A DNA stretch of 64,000 bases from Deltaproteobacteria bacterium (GTDB lineage: Bacteria > Desulfobacterota > Binatia > UBA1149 > CAITLU01). Under the pieces are notes generated by a model that worked only from the letters and a program-made list of their open reading frames with translations, did no database searches and was not told the origin of the DNA. The translations under genes and the position numbers were made by a program. Below are positions 27,621 through 39,036 of this stretch, in pieces. The stretch lies in contig JACRCR010000080.1 in assembly GCA_016218925.1 (NCBI GenBank), positions 2,730-66,729 on the forward strand, in the 5' to 3' direction. Each line of letters begins with the position of its first letter. Position 1 is the stretch's first letter.

Positions 27621-29783
27621 CTACTCGCTCTTATCATTGAAGCGTCCGGCGTCACCAGCGGTGAACGGCTCGGCGTAGGTAGCTCCGAAGCAAAGACCTG
27701 CGCTGTCGCTTCTAAGCTGCACGCTGACAGTCGCTGCCGGCGCCAGAGCCAGCGAACCGAGCGCCAAGTGAGGCCCTTTCCCTTTGAGCTTGATCTTGGC
27801 CGCGCCGTCGCCGCCGGTCTCGAGCAGTGCCGAAACGATCCCATCGGGCGTCGCCGAAGCGCTGCGCATCTTGTAACTGCCCGAGGCCAGCGGGGTCCAC
27901 GCAGAGCCGACCGGCAGCGACGCGGCCACCCACAGCGACGGCCCGCCGTCCTCGTAAATGCACAGCGTGTAACTGTCGCCGGCGTCGGGACTTCCGAAAT
28001 TGGCGATCGCCGGTCCCTTGCCCCAACGCCACACCAGCGTGTCCTTGGTGCCGTTGTCTCTGAGCTTGATCATCGCCCCACCGCTCTGCGTCGGCTGGGC
28101 ACAGGTCGGATCGGGCGTCGCAGCGCCGGCGCACGAACCGGCACCGTCGCAGCCGTCGGTCCGCGTGCACGCATTGGCATCGTTACAGGGTGCCGCGACC
28201 GGCTCGAACATGCACGATGCGTCGCAGCAGTCGCCGGTGGCGACGTTACCGTCGTCGCATTGCTCGCCGGCGGTGACGATACGGTTGCCGCAAGCGGTCA
28301 CCGTGCAATTGCTGTCGCAGCCGTCGCCGTCGACTTGATTCCCGTCATCGCACTGCTCGCCGGGATCGAGGTTGTTGTCGCCGCAACCCGCTTCGTCGGC
28401 GCCGATGTCCACCGCGGTGGCCGAAACCCGCGTCGAACCATCCATGTCCGTCTCTCCGACCGCGCCGGTGTAGGCTGGGTTGCCGGCGTTTATCGCCGGC
28501 GACGAGGAGCCCAGATGGAAGTCCGCGGCCCCGGGCGCAACGAGCGCGGGATCGGCGAAGATCCCGCCGGCGTCGTGCCCAGCCCCTTGCCACGCGGCAA
28601 AGCCCGTATACGACGAGCCGCCGACGGCGAACTCAGCGGCCGCGGCTCCGTCTGCGGTGAAGTAGAGATTGTAGTCGAAAGCGTTGCCGGTCGAGGCGTT
28701 GTACGAGGCTACCAGCGAGTTCTTCACGCCCGGATCCGCTCCGCCGCGACTCCATACCAGGTTGTTCTCGACGAGGTTGTCGCTGCCGTACTGCACCCAC
28801 ACCTCGCCCACCCCGTCGGCCGCGTCGGTCGCGTTCTTGTAGAGCGTGTTGCCACGAAAGACGTTCTCGTCGGCGCGGCCAACCGACTTGGCGTAACCTC
28901 CGAAGACGATCCCGACCACACGGTTGTGGTACAGAACGTTGTTGCGCACGATGACGTTGCGGGTGATCACCCCGGCGTTTTCGGCCCCGACTTCTATGCC
29001 GAGGTCGCACTGGGTCACCGTGTTGTTCTCGATGATGATATCGCGTCCGCCATCGACGTAGATGCCGCCCGAGTATCCGCTTCCGCAGCGCTCGACGATG
29101 TTGCCGCGGCACAGCCCTTCTCGCGCCACCAGCGCCGAGTTGGGCTGGATGTCGGTCTCGCCGCCGATGAAGTCGATCGCGATGTTGTCGACGTCGTGAA
29201 CGTGATTGTCCGTCACTTCAAAGGAACGCACGTTGCCGTTGAGCGTGAGCGCTTCGCTCGGTGCCGGGTCGCAGTCGTAGATCTCGTTGCCGTCGATGAC
29301 GAGATCCTCGATCGGCGTCGCCTCGGTGCCGTACACGGTGATGCCCATCGCGTTGTTGCCGCGGATCTCGTGGATCACGTTGTCACGAATTTCGACGTCA
29401 CTGAGACTGCCGAGCAGACGAATACCGGAACCGTCGGTGACACCGGTGTTGTCGCGGATGGTCAGGCCGCTGATGCGGATGTGGCTCTTCGAATCGACCG
29501 ACACGACGTCGGCACCGGCGACCGACGCGCCGGAAATGGTGGTCACCGCGGCGCCGCCGCTCGAAGTCAGCGTGATGGGACTGCCGAGCGCGCCCGAAGA
29601 CGGGAACGAAATCTTCTCGTTGTAGGTCCCGGGCGCCAGCAGCACGGTGTCGCCGGAGCCGGCCACGTTCAGCGCCGCCTGTACCGAGGGCTGGTCGCCC
29701 GGCACGTTGATCGTGGCCGCCGAAGCCAGAAACGGCGTCGCAAGCACGAATGCCGGTGCAAACCACGAAAAGCTGCGCATCAT
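27621..29783 (-). CDS. secreted right-handed parallel beta-helix (pectate-lyase-like) protein with Myxococcales-type Cys-rich repeats
   Basis: Signal peptide MMRSFSWFAPAFVLATPFLASA. Parallel beta-helix repeats (NNTVTQCDLGIEVGAENAGVITRNVIVRNNVLYHNRVVGIVFGG). Two CGD..LDPGEQCDDGN / CGNRIVTAGEQCDDGN repeats. Confidence 0.65.
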   Translation of the reverse strand: MMRSFSWFAPAFVLATPFLASAATINVPGDQPSVQAALNVAGSGDTVLLAPGTYNEKISFPSSGALGSPITLTSSGGAAVTTISGASVAGADVVSVDSKSHIRISGLTIRDNTGVTDGSGIRLLGSLSDVEIRDNVIHEIRGNNAMGITVYGTEATPIEDLVIDGNEIYDCDPAPSEALTLNGNVRSFEVTDNHVHDVDNIAIDFIGGETDIQPNSALVAREGLCRGNIVERCGSGYSGGIYVDGGRDIIIENNTVTQCDLGIEVGAENAGVITRNVIVRNNVLYHNRVVGIVFGGYAKSVGRADENVFRGNTLYKNATDAADGVGEVWVQYGSDNLVENNLVWSRGGADPGVKNSLVASYNASTGNAFDYNLYFTADGAAAAEFAVGGSSYTGFAAWQGAGHDAGGIFADPALVAPGAADFHLGSSSPAINAGNPAYTGAVGETDMDGSTRVSATAVDIGADEAGCGDNNLDPGEQCDDGNQVDGDGCDSNCTVTACGNRIVTAGEQCDDGNVATGDCCDASCMFEPVAAPCNDANACTRTDGCDGAGSCAGAATPDPTCAQPTQSGGAMIKLRDNGTKDTLVWRWGKGPAIANFGSPDAGDSYTLCIYEDGGPSLWVAASLPVGSAWTPLASGSYKMRSASATPDGIVSALLETGGDGAAKIKLKGKGPHLALGSLALAPAATVSVQLRSDSAGLCFGATYAEPFTAGDAGRFNDKSE

Positions 29784-30112
29784 CGATCCCCCGCCAGCTC
29801 GAATTGTCCGGGCCTGTAGCGACCGGCCCCGCTCTAGCAACAATGGTGGAGGTCCGCGGCCTTGTCGACCTTCTTTGGGGCGTCTCGGAGCGTCTAGCTG
29901 CCCCGCCCGCGAGGTCGCCGCCGGACTGCCTCGTGCCCGGCATCTGACAAAAGTTTACACAGATGCGCACTCAGATGGTCCCCCGTTCTTGGCAACGCAA
30001 GACGGATCGCTATATACGTTCGCGTTCGGACGGTTGGCTCGCCCGGGGGGCGGAAGCGGCTTTGGTTGCTCCCGCCGGAAGATAGTAGAAAAAAACGAGG
30101 CGGATCTTTGCT

Positions 30113-30148
30113 CGGCCGACGCATCGCGTTGGCCGCATTCTTTTTTTT
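30113..30148 (+). terminator. intrinsic-terminator-like hairpin + U8 tract in the actA 5' leader (possible attenuator)
   Basis: A7 (30089-30095), then a 10-bp stem cggccgacgc / gcgttggccg (one G-U pair) with a 3-nt loop, then cattc and T8 (30141-48). The T-run ends 13 nt before the actA ATG. Confidence 0.4.
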
Positions 30149-30160
30149 GTCGGGGCTCTA

Positions 30161-30808
30161 ATGGCGCAGGTTTTCAAGCCGAGTAGCAACACCTACTCGA
30201 AGCTCGTCATCTTCGGAGCACTGTTGGCGGTGGGCGGCGTCGGGCTGGTCGGGTATCTAATCAATACGTCCCCGTTCAACACGGGTGCGTACATGGCTCA
30301 CGCCCAGCCGGTCCCGTTCAGCCACAAGCACCACAACGGGGAGCTCGGGATCGACTGCCGCTACTGCCACACCTCGGTCGAGGAATCGGCTTTCGCCGGC
30401 ATCCCTCCGACCCAGACCTGCATGAATTGCCATTCGCAGATCTGGACCGAGGCTCCGATGCTCGAACCGGTCCGCGCCAGCCTCCGAACCGGCCAGTCTC
30501 TGGAATGGACCCGGGTCCACGATCTGCCGGACTTCGTATACTTCAACCATAGCATTCACATTGCGAAGGGAATTGGCTGTGCAAGCTGCCACGGCGACGT
30601 CACCCGGATGAACCTGACGTGGTCCGTCGCCCCCCTCACGATGGGATGGTGCCTGGACTGCCACCGTGATCCGGCCGCCAACGTGCGGCCGCGAGAAATG
30701 GTCTTCGACACCACCTGGGTGGCCCAGGACCAGCGGGCACTCGGCGAGAAACTCGTCTCCGAGTACCACGTGCAACCACGCCAAGACTGCTCGACCTGCC
30801 ACCGCTGA
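30161..30808 (+). CDS. actA: Alternative Complex III subunit ActA (pentaheme cytochrome c, membrane anchored)
   Basis: Five CxxCH motifs (CRYCH, CMNCH, CASCH, CLDCH, CSTCH) and an N-terminal TM anchor. Confidence 0.9.
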   Translation: MAQVFKPSSNTYSKLVIFGALLAVGGVGLVGYLINTSPFNTGAYMAHAQPVPFSHKHHNGELGIDCRYCHTSVEESAFAGIPPTQTCMNCHSQIWTEAPMLEPVRASLRTGQSLEWTRVHDLPDFVYFNHSIHIAKGIGCASCHGDVTRMNLTWSVAPLTMGWCLDCHRDPAANVRPREMVFDTTWVAQDQRALGEKLVSEYHVQPRQDCSTCHR

Positions 30809-30817
30809 GCCAAAGGT

Positions 30818-33800
30818 ATGATGATGGGGTTCGACCCGGAAGCACCAGCCTTCGATCTGACCGCGATTCGCGAGAAGCTCTCTCGCACGACCGGCCGCAC
30901 GTATTGGCGCAGCCTCGAAGAGGTGGCCGACACGCCGGAGTTTCGCGACTTCCTCGAAGCCGAATTCCCGGCCGCCGCCGAGTCGATCTCGTCCGGCCTG
31001 GACCGACGTCAGTTCCTCAAACTGATGGGGGCGTCGCTGGCGATGGCCGGCCTGGGTGCCTGTACCAAACAGCCTGTCGAGAAGATCCTCCCATACGTCA
31101 AGCAGCCTGAGGAACTGGTTCCCGGCAATCCACTGTTCTTCGCGACGGCCTATCCAGTGAGCGGGGGAGCCGCGCCGATCCTGGTGGAGAGCCACATGGG
31201 CCGCCCCACCAAGATCGAAGGCAACCCGGAGCACCCGGCCAGCCTCGGCGCGACCAGCGCCATGACCCAGGCCAGCGTTCTGGATCTCTACGACCCCGAC
31301 CGCTCCCAGGTGGTGATGAGCGCCGGCGAGATCCGTACCTGGAACGATTTCGTGGCCAGCGTCGCCGACGTTGTCACCAAGTTGAGGCCCTCGAGCGGGC
31401 GCGGGCTGCGCATACTCAGCCCCCCGACCGTTTCGCCTACCCTGGCCGCCGCGGTCGGCAAGGTCCTGGCGGATCTTCCCGAGGCACGCTGGCACCAGTG
31501 GGAGCCGCTCGGCCGAGAGTCCGTGCGCGAAGGCGCGCGTCTGGCTTTCGATCGCGTCGTCGAGCCTCGCTACAACTTCGCCGACGCCGACGTCATCGTC
31601 TCTCTCGAGTCTGACTTCCTTTTCGATGGCGCGGGCCAGGTCCGTTACGCGCGCGACTTCAGTGCTCGCCGCAAGGTGAGCGACACTTCCAGTTCCCTCA
31701 ACCGGCTCTATGTCGTGGAGAGCGCGCCGAGCGTGACGGGGTCCAAGGCCGACCATCGTCTGGCGCTGCGCGCCTCGGAGATCTTCGGTTTCGCGCGCGC
31801 GCTGGCCGCCGAACTCGACGTCAACGTCGTCGAGCCCGCGGGACTCCAGAACCACGCCAAGTGGATTTCGGCCGTTGCCAAGGACCTGCTGGCCAACAAG
31901 GGGCGCGGGCTGGTGCTGGCGGGACCGAGCCAGCCGGCCGACGTCCACGCGCTGTGCCACGCCATCAACGAGAAACTGGCGAACGCCGGACATACCGTCG
32001 TCTACACCGACCCGGTCGAACAATCGGCGCCGACGCCGAAGGATGGGCTCGACACGCTGGTTGCCGATATGGCGGGCGGCAACGTCTGGGCGCTGTTCGT
32101 TCTTGGCGGAAACCCGGCCTACGAAGCCCCTGCCGACCTCGACTTCGTCGCGGCGCTGGGCAAGGTCCCGTTCACGGTCCACCTGGCACAGCAGCAGGAC
32201 GAGACCTCGCTGCACACGCTTTGGCACGTACCCGCGACGCACTATCTCGAGTCGTGGAGCGATGCGCGCGCGTACGACGGCACCGTCACCATCCAGCAGC
32301 CGCTGATCGAACCTCTGTATCAAGGCAAGTCTGCGCTCGAAGTGGTTTCGCTGATCGGCGGGACCTCGACCGGCACCGACTACGACCGTGTTCGCGACTA
32401 CTGGAAGGCCGCGGTATCGGTCCCCGACTTCGAGGAGTTCTGGCGCCGCAGCGTACACGACGGGTTCATCGCCGGCTCGCAGCGTCCCGCACTCGACATT
32501 GCGGTGCGGTCGGACTTCCTCACCTATCTCGCGCAGCTTCCGGCCGTCGACAAGGATGCCGGAGAACTCGAAGTGGTGTTCCGCGGCGATCCGACGATCC
32601 ACGACGGCCGCTTCGCCAACAACGGCTGGCTGCAGGAAACGCCCAAGCCGTGGACGCGTCTGACATGGGACAACGCGGCGCTGATCAGCCCCGCGCTCGC
32701 CGAGAAGAGGAAGTTGAGCGACGGCGACGTCGTCGAACTGCTGCTCGGCAACCGCAAGATCAACGCCCCGGTGTGGACGACGCCGGGACAGCCCGAGCAA
32801 ACCGTCACGCTGCATCTCGGCTACGGTCGTACGCGCGGCGGTCACATCGCCACCGGCGTAGGGTTCAGCGCCTACGCGCTGCGCACCGTAAGGAACCCGT
32901 GGTTCGCCTCCGGCGTCAAGATGCGCAAGACCGGCGTCCACTATCCGCTGGCGACCACCCAGACCCACCACGGGATGGAAGGCCGCGAGTTGTTCCGCAC
33001 CGCCGCGCTGACCACCTACCAGGCGAGCCCGAACTTCGCGCAGGAACCGGACCACCATGGCGCGCTCGAGGGACATGCCGACGGCGAAATCCCTTCGTTG
33101 TTCCCCGACTGGAACTACGAGGGCAACTCCTGGGGCATGACCATCGACCTCAGCGCCTGCATCGGGTGCAACGCGTGCCTGGTGGCGTGCCAGTCCGAGA
33201 ACAACATCGCGATCGTCGGCAAAGAGGAAGTGCTGCGCGGGCGCGAGATGCACTGGATCCGCATCGATCGCTACTTCGAAGGCGACCTCGACAACCCCGC
33301 GGTCTACAACCAGCCGGTTCCGTGCATGCACTGCGAAAAGGCGCCGTGCGAGGTGGTGTGTCCGGTCAACGCGACCAACCACAGCAGCGAAGGTCTCAAC
33401 GACATGACCTACAACCGCTGCGTGGGCACTCGTTACTGCGCCAACAACTGCCCCTACAAGGTGAGGCGGTTCAACTTCTACCTGTTCCAGGACTGGGACA
33501 CCGAAAGCCTCAAAGGACACCGCAACCCCGACGTCACGGTGCGGAGCCGAGGCGTCATGGAGAAGTGCACCTACTGCGTGCAGCGCATCAACTCGGCGCG
33601 AATACAGTCGCGCAAGCAAGACCGTCCGATACGCGACGGCGAGGTCGTAACCGCCTGCCAGCAGGCCTGCCCGTCCGACGCGATCGTGTTCGGCAACATC
33701 AACGACGAGACGAGCCGGATCGCCGCGACCAAGAGCGACTCGCGCAACTACTCGTTGCTGGCCGAGCTCGGCACCAAGCCGCGCACGACCTACCTGGCCG

Positions 33801-33879
33801 CGATCACCAACCCTAACCCGGAGCTCGTCGCAGACGCGAAGAGCTCTACCCATGCCGCCGAGGAAGGGGGGCACCTGTG

Positions 33880-33880
<1 letters not shown>
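30818..33880 (+). CDS. actB: Alternative Complex III subunit ActB (molybdopterin-oxidoreductase-like + 4Fe-4S ferredoxin domains)
   Basis: Tat signal (RRQFLKLMGASLAMAGLGAC), a CISM-like domain, and a C-terminal multi-Cys ferredoxin region (CIGCNACLVAC…CMHCEKAPCEVVCP…). Confidence 0.9.
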
Positions 33881-35259
<1,379 letters not shown>

Positions 35260-35260
35260 G

Positions 35261-35800
35261 ATGCAATCGGTTGTTCCGGTCCACGGCGTGATGGCCGAAT
35301 TCGACAATCCAAGCGAGTTCGTCGCCGCGATCCACGCGGTGAAGGAAGCGGGCTACGAGGGCTTCGATGCCTACAGCCCGATGCCGGTAGAGGAAGCCGC
35401 CGAGGCGATGGGGCTGCACGGCAGCCGCCTGCCTCTGATAGTTCTGTGCGGCGGCATCACCGGGTTCTGTTTCGGCTACGCGCTGGCCTACTGGACCGGC
35501 GTCATCAACTACCCGCTCAACATCGGCGGCCGCCCGCTGCACAGTTGGCCGGCGTACATCCCGGTGCTGTTCGAGTGCACCGTGCTGTTCGCCGCGCTGA
35601 CCGCGGTGTTCGGCATGCTCGGCCTCAACGGCCTGCCACAGCACTACCATCCGGTCTTCAACGTAGAACGCTTCGCGCTGGCGTCGAAGAACCGCTTCTT
35701 CGTCTGCATCGAAGCGACCGACCCGAAGTTCGAGCTCGAGGACACCAAGCGTTTCCTCCAGAGCCTGACGCCGGTCGCGGTTTCGGAGGTCGAGTCGTGA
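35261..35800 (+). CDS. actD: Alternative Complex III subunit ActD
   Basis: Small two-TM subunit; position and sequence are typical of ActD (DUF3341-like). Confidence 0.8.
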   Translation: MQSVVPVHGVMAEFDNPSEFVAAIHAVKEAGYEGFDAYSPMPVEEAAEAMGLHGSRLPLIVLCGGITGFCFGYALAYWTGVINYPLNIGGRPLHSWPAYIPVLFECTVLFAALTAVFGMLGLNGLPQHYHPVFNVERFALASKNRFFVCIEATDPKFELEDTKRFLQSLTPVAVSEVES

Positions 35801-36447
35801 ACCTCTCCTCGTGTCGCCGTCCAGGCACGCAGCCGCAGGCAGACTCGGCGAGCCGCGCCGGCCTCGGAGCGCGAGCGGTGTTGGTCGCCGCCGCCGCCGT
35901 GGTCTGCATGACTTCGGCCTGTCGCCAGGACATGCACAACCAGGCCAAGTACCGTCCGATGCGCGAGACACCGTTCTTCGCCGACCACCGCAGCGCGCGC
36001 CCGCTCGTCGCCGGCACGATCGCCCGCGGCAAGCTCGGCGAAGACAAGCTGCTGACCACCGGTCGCGACGGCGACAAGTTCAGCTCGATTTTTCCGTTCC
36101 CGATCACCGCCGACCTCGTGGCCAGAGGGCGCGAACGCTTCAACATCTATTGCTCGCCGTGTCACGGACGTACCGGCGAAGGACGCGGCATGGTCGTCCA
36201 GCGCGGCTACAAGCAGCCGCCTTCGTTCCACGACGCGCGCCTGCGCGATCTCGGCCCCGGGTACTTCTTCAACGTCATCACCAACGGGTTCGGAGTGATG
36301 CCGGGCTACGCCGTACAGGTACCGGCCACCGATCGGTGGGCGATCACCTCCTACATCCGCGCGCTGCAACTGAGCAGGAACGCGAGCGTGGACGACCTGA
36401 CCTCGGAAGAAAAATCCCGACTGACCAAGGAGAGCAGCGGTGGCTGA
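35797..36447 (+). CDS. actE: Alternative Complex III subunit ActE (monoheme cytochrome c)
   Basis: Single CSPCH haem motif. The GTG at 35797 overlaps the actD stop (GTGA). The true start could be later. Confidence 0.8.
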   Translation: MNLSSCRRPGTQPQADSASRAGLGARAVLVAAAAVVCMTSACRQDMHNQAKYRPMRETPFFADHRSARPLVAGTIARGKLGEDKLLTTGRDGDKFSSIFPFPITADLVARGRERFNIYCSPCHGRTGEGRGMVVQRGYKQPPSFHDARLRDLGPGYFFNVITNGFGVMPGYAVQVPATDRWAITSYIRALQLSRNASVDDLTSEEKSRLTKESSGG

Positions 36448-37639
36448 GTCGAAGTTCTTCGAATCCGACTTCGAACTGGCTGCGGACCACGTCCTGCGGC
36501 GCTGGCAGCGCCCGGCCCTCGGCATCGGCGGGCTCGCGCTCGGCGCGAGTCTGCTCGGCGCGATCGTGTGGCCGACCCAGTTCTACCAGGCTTGGCTGGT
36601 CGCGTTCCTGTACTGGCTGGGGCTGGCGCTGGGGTCGATGGCGATCCTGGTGCTGCAGAACATCACCGGCGGACGCTGGGGCGCGACCATCCGCCGGCCG
36701 CTCGAGGCCGCTGCCGGCACGGTGCCGATGATGGCGCTGGCCTTCGTTCCGATCGTCGTCGGACTTCCCGTCCTCTACGAATGGGCACGCCCTGACGTGG
36801 TTGCCCACGACCACATCCTCCAGATGAAGGCTTTCTATCTGAACAAGCCCTTCTTCCTGGGCCGCGCCGCGTTCTATTTCCTGGTCTGGTCGGCGCTCTC
36901 GCGCCAGCTCATACGCTGGTCCACCGAGCAGGACGAAGAAGGCCACTCGGAAAGGCGCGCTGGCCGCGTGCACTCGGCGAGCCTCGCCGGGCTCATTCTC
37001 TACGTCCTGACGATCACGTTCGCGGCGATCGACTGGGGCATGTCGCTCACCCCGCACTGGTTTTCGCACATCTACGGACTGGTGTTCGGGATCGGTCAGG
37101 TGCTGACGGCAATGACGCTGATGATCATGGTGACCGCCATGACCGCCGATCGCCGCCCGATGTCGAAGGTGGCCACACCCGAGCGCTTCCACGATCTGGG
37201 CAAACTGCTCTTCGCCTTCGTGATGGTGTGGGGCTACTTCAACCTCTCGCAGTTCCTGATCATCTGGTCCGCCGACCTGCCCGAAGAAGTGCCGTGGTAC
37301 CTCGACCGCATCACCGGCGGCTGGCAGGTACTGATGATCGTGCTGGTGCTGGTACATTTCCTCCTGCCGTTCGGCCTGCTGCTTTCGCGCTCGTTCAAGC
37401 GCAACCCGAAAACGCTGGTGCGCGTCGCCGCGCTGTTGCTGGTAGCGCGTTACCTGGACCTGTACTGGTGGATCACCCCGGTCTTTTCCCCGGGACATTT
37501 CACTATGGACCCGATGCACGTGGTGACACTGATGGGCATCGGCGGCGTCTGGCTGTGGGCTTTCCTCACCAATCTCGCGCGGCGCCCGCTGCTGGCCTTC
37601 AACGATCCGGTGGTTGCTTTGGAGCTCGAGAAGGCATGA
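36440..37639 (+). CDS. actF: Alternative Complex III subunit ActF (second NrfD-like membrane subunit)
   Basis: NrfD-like polytopic protein. GTG start with AGGAGA RBS. Overlaps actE by 8 nt. Confidence 0.85.
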   Translation: MAESKFFESDFELAADHVLRRWQRPALGIGGLALGASLLGAIVWPTQFYQAWLVAFLYWLGLALGSMAILVLQNITGGRWGATIRRPLEAAAGTVPMMALAFVPIVVGLPVLYEWARPDVVAHDHILQMKAFYLNKPFFLGRAAFYFLVWSALSRQLIRWSTEQDEEGHSERRAGRVHSASLAGLILYVLTITFAAIDWGMSLTPHWFSHIYGLVFGIGQVLTAMTLMIMVTAMTADRRPMSKVATPERFHDLGKLLFAFVMVWGYFNLSQFLIIWSADLPEEVPWYLDRITGGWQVLMIVLVLVHFLLPFGLLLSRSFKRNPKTLVRVAALLLVARYLDLYWWITPVFSPGHFTMDPMHVVTLMGIGGVWLWAFLTNLARRPLLAFNDPVVALELEKA

Positions 37640-38166
37640 GCGCTCACGATCCTTCGCATCAGTCCGGTGGCGGCGTCCGCTTCGATACCCGGGACCTGCA
37701 GACGCGTCCGATCTATCTGGCCGGACTCGCGCTTGCCGTGGCGGCCGCCGTCTTCATCGTGATCGCGTGGTGGTACTACCAGGCATTGGCCAGACGCGAA
37801 GCTGCCAGGAGCCCGGTGGTCAGTCCGCTCTCGGCCGAATTCGCGCGCAAGCAGCCGCCTGAGCCGCGGCTGCAGTCCGATGCGCGCGGAGACCTGCTGG
37901 CGATGTACGCGGCCGAAAACAAAGAACTCACCAAGCTCGCATGGGTGGACCAGGCCAAGGGCACGGTTCAGATCCCGATCGATCGCGCGATGGCGCTGCT
38001 GATTACCAAGGGACTCGCGGCGCGACCCGGAACGACCCCGGTGTGGCTGCCAAAGCCCAGCGGCATCGACCCCCTGGTGGCCGGCGCCGACTCCGGGCCG
38101 CACCACGCGGCTGGAGAGGGCGACACCGGCGGCGCGATCGACGCGGGTCACGCGGGTAAAGAATGA
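37636..38166 (+). CDS. hypothetical single-TM membrane protein in the ActG/oxidase-linker position
   Basis: Its ATG overlaps the actF stop (ATGA). One TM helix (IYLAGLALAVAAAVFIVIAWWYY). Its stop overlaps the sco1 start (ATGA). Confidence 0.5.
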   Translation: MSAHDPSHQSGGGVRFDTRDLQTRPIYLAGLALAVAAAVFIVIAWWYYQALARREAARSPVVSPLSAEFARKQPPEPRLQSDARGDLLAMYAAENKELTKLAWVDQAKGTVQIPIDRAMALLITKGLAARPGTTPVWLPKPSGIDPLVAGADSGPHHAAGEGDTGGAIDAGHAGKE

Positions 38167-39032
38167 TGCGCCGGCCCTACTTCATCGCAGTCGCAGTCGC
38201 GCTGCTGGTGGCGGCGGTGGCTGGCAGCGCCGCCGCGCTGCCAGGCCTCGGCCAGGCCATGGCGCCTGGTCAGGAGCAGCAACGCGCCGGCGACGCGCTG
38301 GCCCCTTTGCAGAACGTCGGCATCACGCAGCGGCTGGGCGAGTCGGTTCCGATGGATCTGGTCTTCCACGACGAGAGCGGCAAGGAAGTGCGCCTCGGCG
38401 ACCTCTTCGGTGGAAAGAAGCCGATCGTCATGGTGATGACCTACTACGAGTGCCCGATGCTTTGCACGGTGGTGCTCAACGGCATGGTCAAGGCCTTCAG
38501 GCCGATAAACCTGAACGTCGGCGAAGATTTCGACGTCATCGCGGTCAGCTTCAACCCCAAGGACACTCCCGAGCTGGCCACCACCAAGAAGGAAAACTAC
38601 CTGAAGAGTTACGGCCGAGACGGCGCGGCTGCAGGCTGGCATTTTCTCACCGGGCAGGAGCCGGCGATCCACGCCATTACCGACGCGGTCGGCTTCGCCT
38701 ATCGGTATATTCCGGAGACCGGCGAGTTCGCCCACGCCGCCGGCATCATGGTGCTGACGCCGCAGGGTCGCATCTCGCACTACTTCTACGGAATCGAGTA
38801 CTCCTCGCGTGATCTGCGCCTGGCGCTCGTCGAAGCCGCCGGCGGCAAGATCGGCAACCTCGTCGACGAGATGATGCTCTACTGCTTCCGTTACGACCCG
38901 ACCGCCGGGAAATACAGCGCAGCGGCACTGTCCATCGTGCGCCTCGGCGGCATAGTGACGATCCTCGCGCTAGCCGGCTTCATCGGAGCCTCTCGGATAC
39001 GCGAGATGCGCACCGCTCGAGCCAGGAGCTGA
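38163..39032 (+). CDS. SCO1/SenC family copper chaperone (Cu_A assembly)
   Basis: Thioredoxin-fold protein with a CPMLC metal motif and a conserved His. N-terminal membrane anchor. Confidence 0.8.
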   Translation: MMRRPYFIAVAVALLVAAVAGSAAALPGLGQAMAPGQEQQRAGDALAPLQNVGITQRLGESVPMDLVFHDESGKEVRLGDLFGGKKPIVMVMTYYECPMLCTVVLNGMVKAFRPINLNVGEDFDVIAVSFNPKDTPELATTKKENYLKSYGRDGAAAGWHFLTGQEPAIHAITDAVGFAYRYIPETGEFAHAAGIMVLTPQGRISHYFYGIEYSSRDLRLALVEAAGGKIGNLVDEMMLYCFRYDPTAGKYSAAALSIVRLGGIVTILALAGFIGASRIREMRTARARS

Positions 39033-39036
39033 CCGA

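Noticed and set aside
25074-29819. A giant 1581-aa plus-strand ORF.
   Set aside because: It has Arg/Ala/Gly-rich low-complexity translation typical of an off-frame read in high-GC DNA. It overlaps four well-supported genes in other frames or strands (aldehyde dehydrogenase, the Cys-rich protein and the beta-helix protein).
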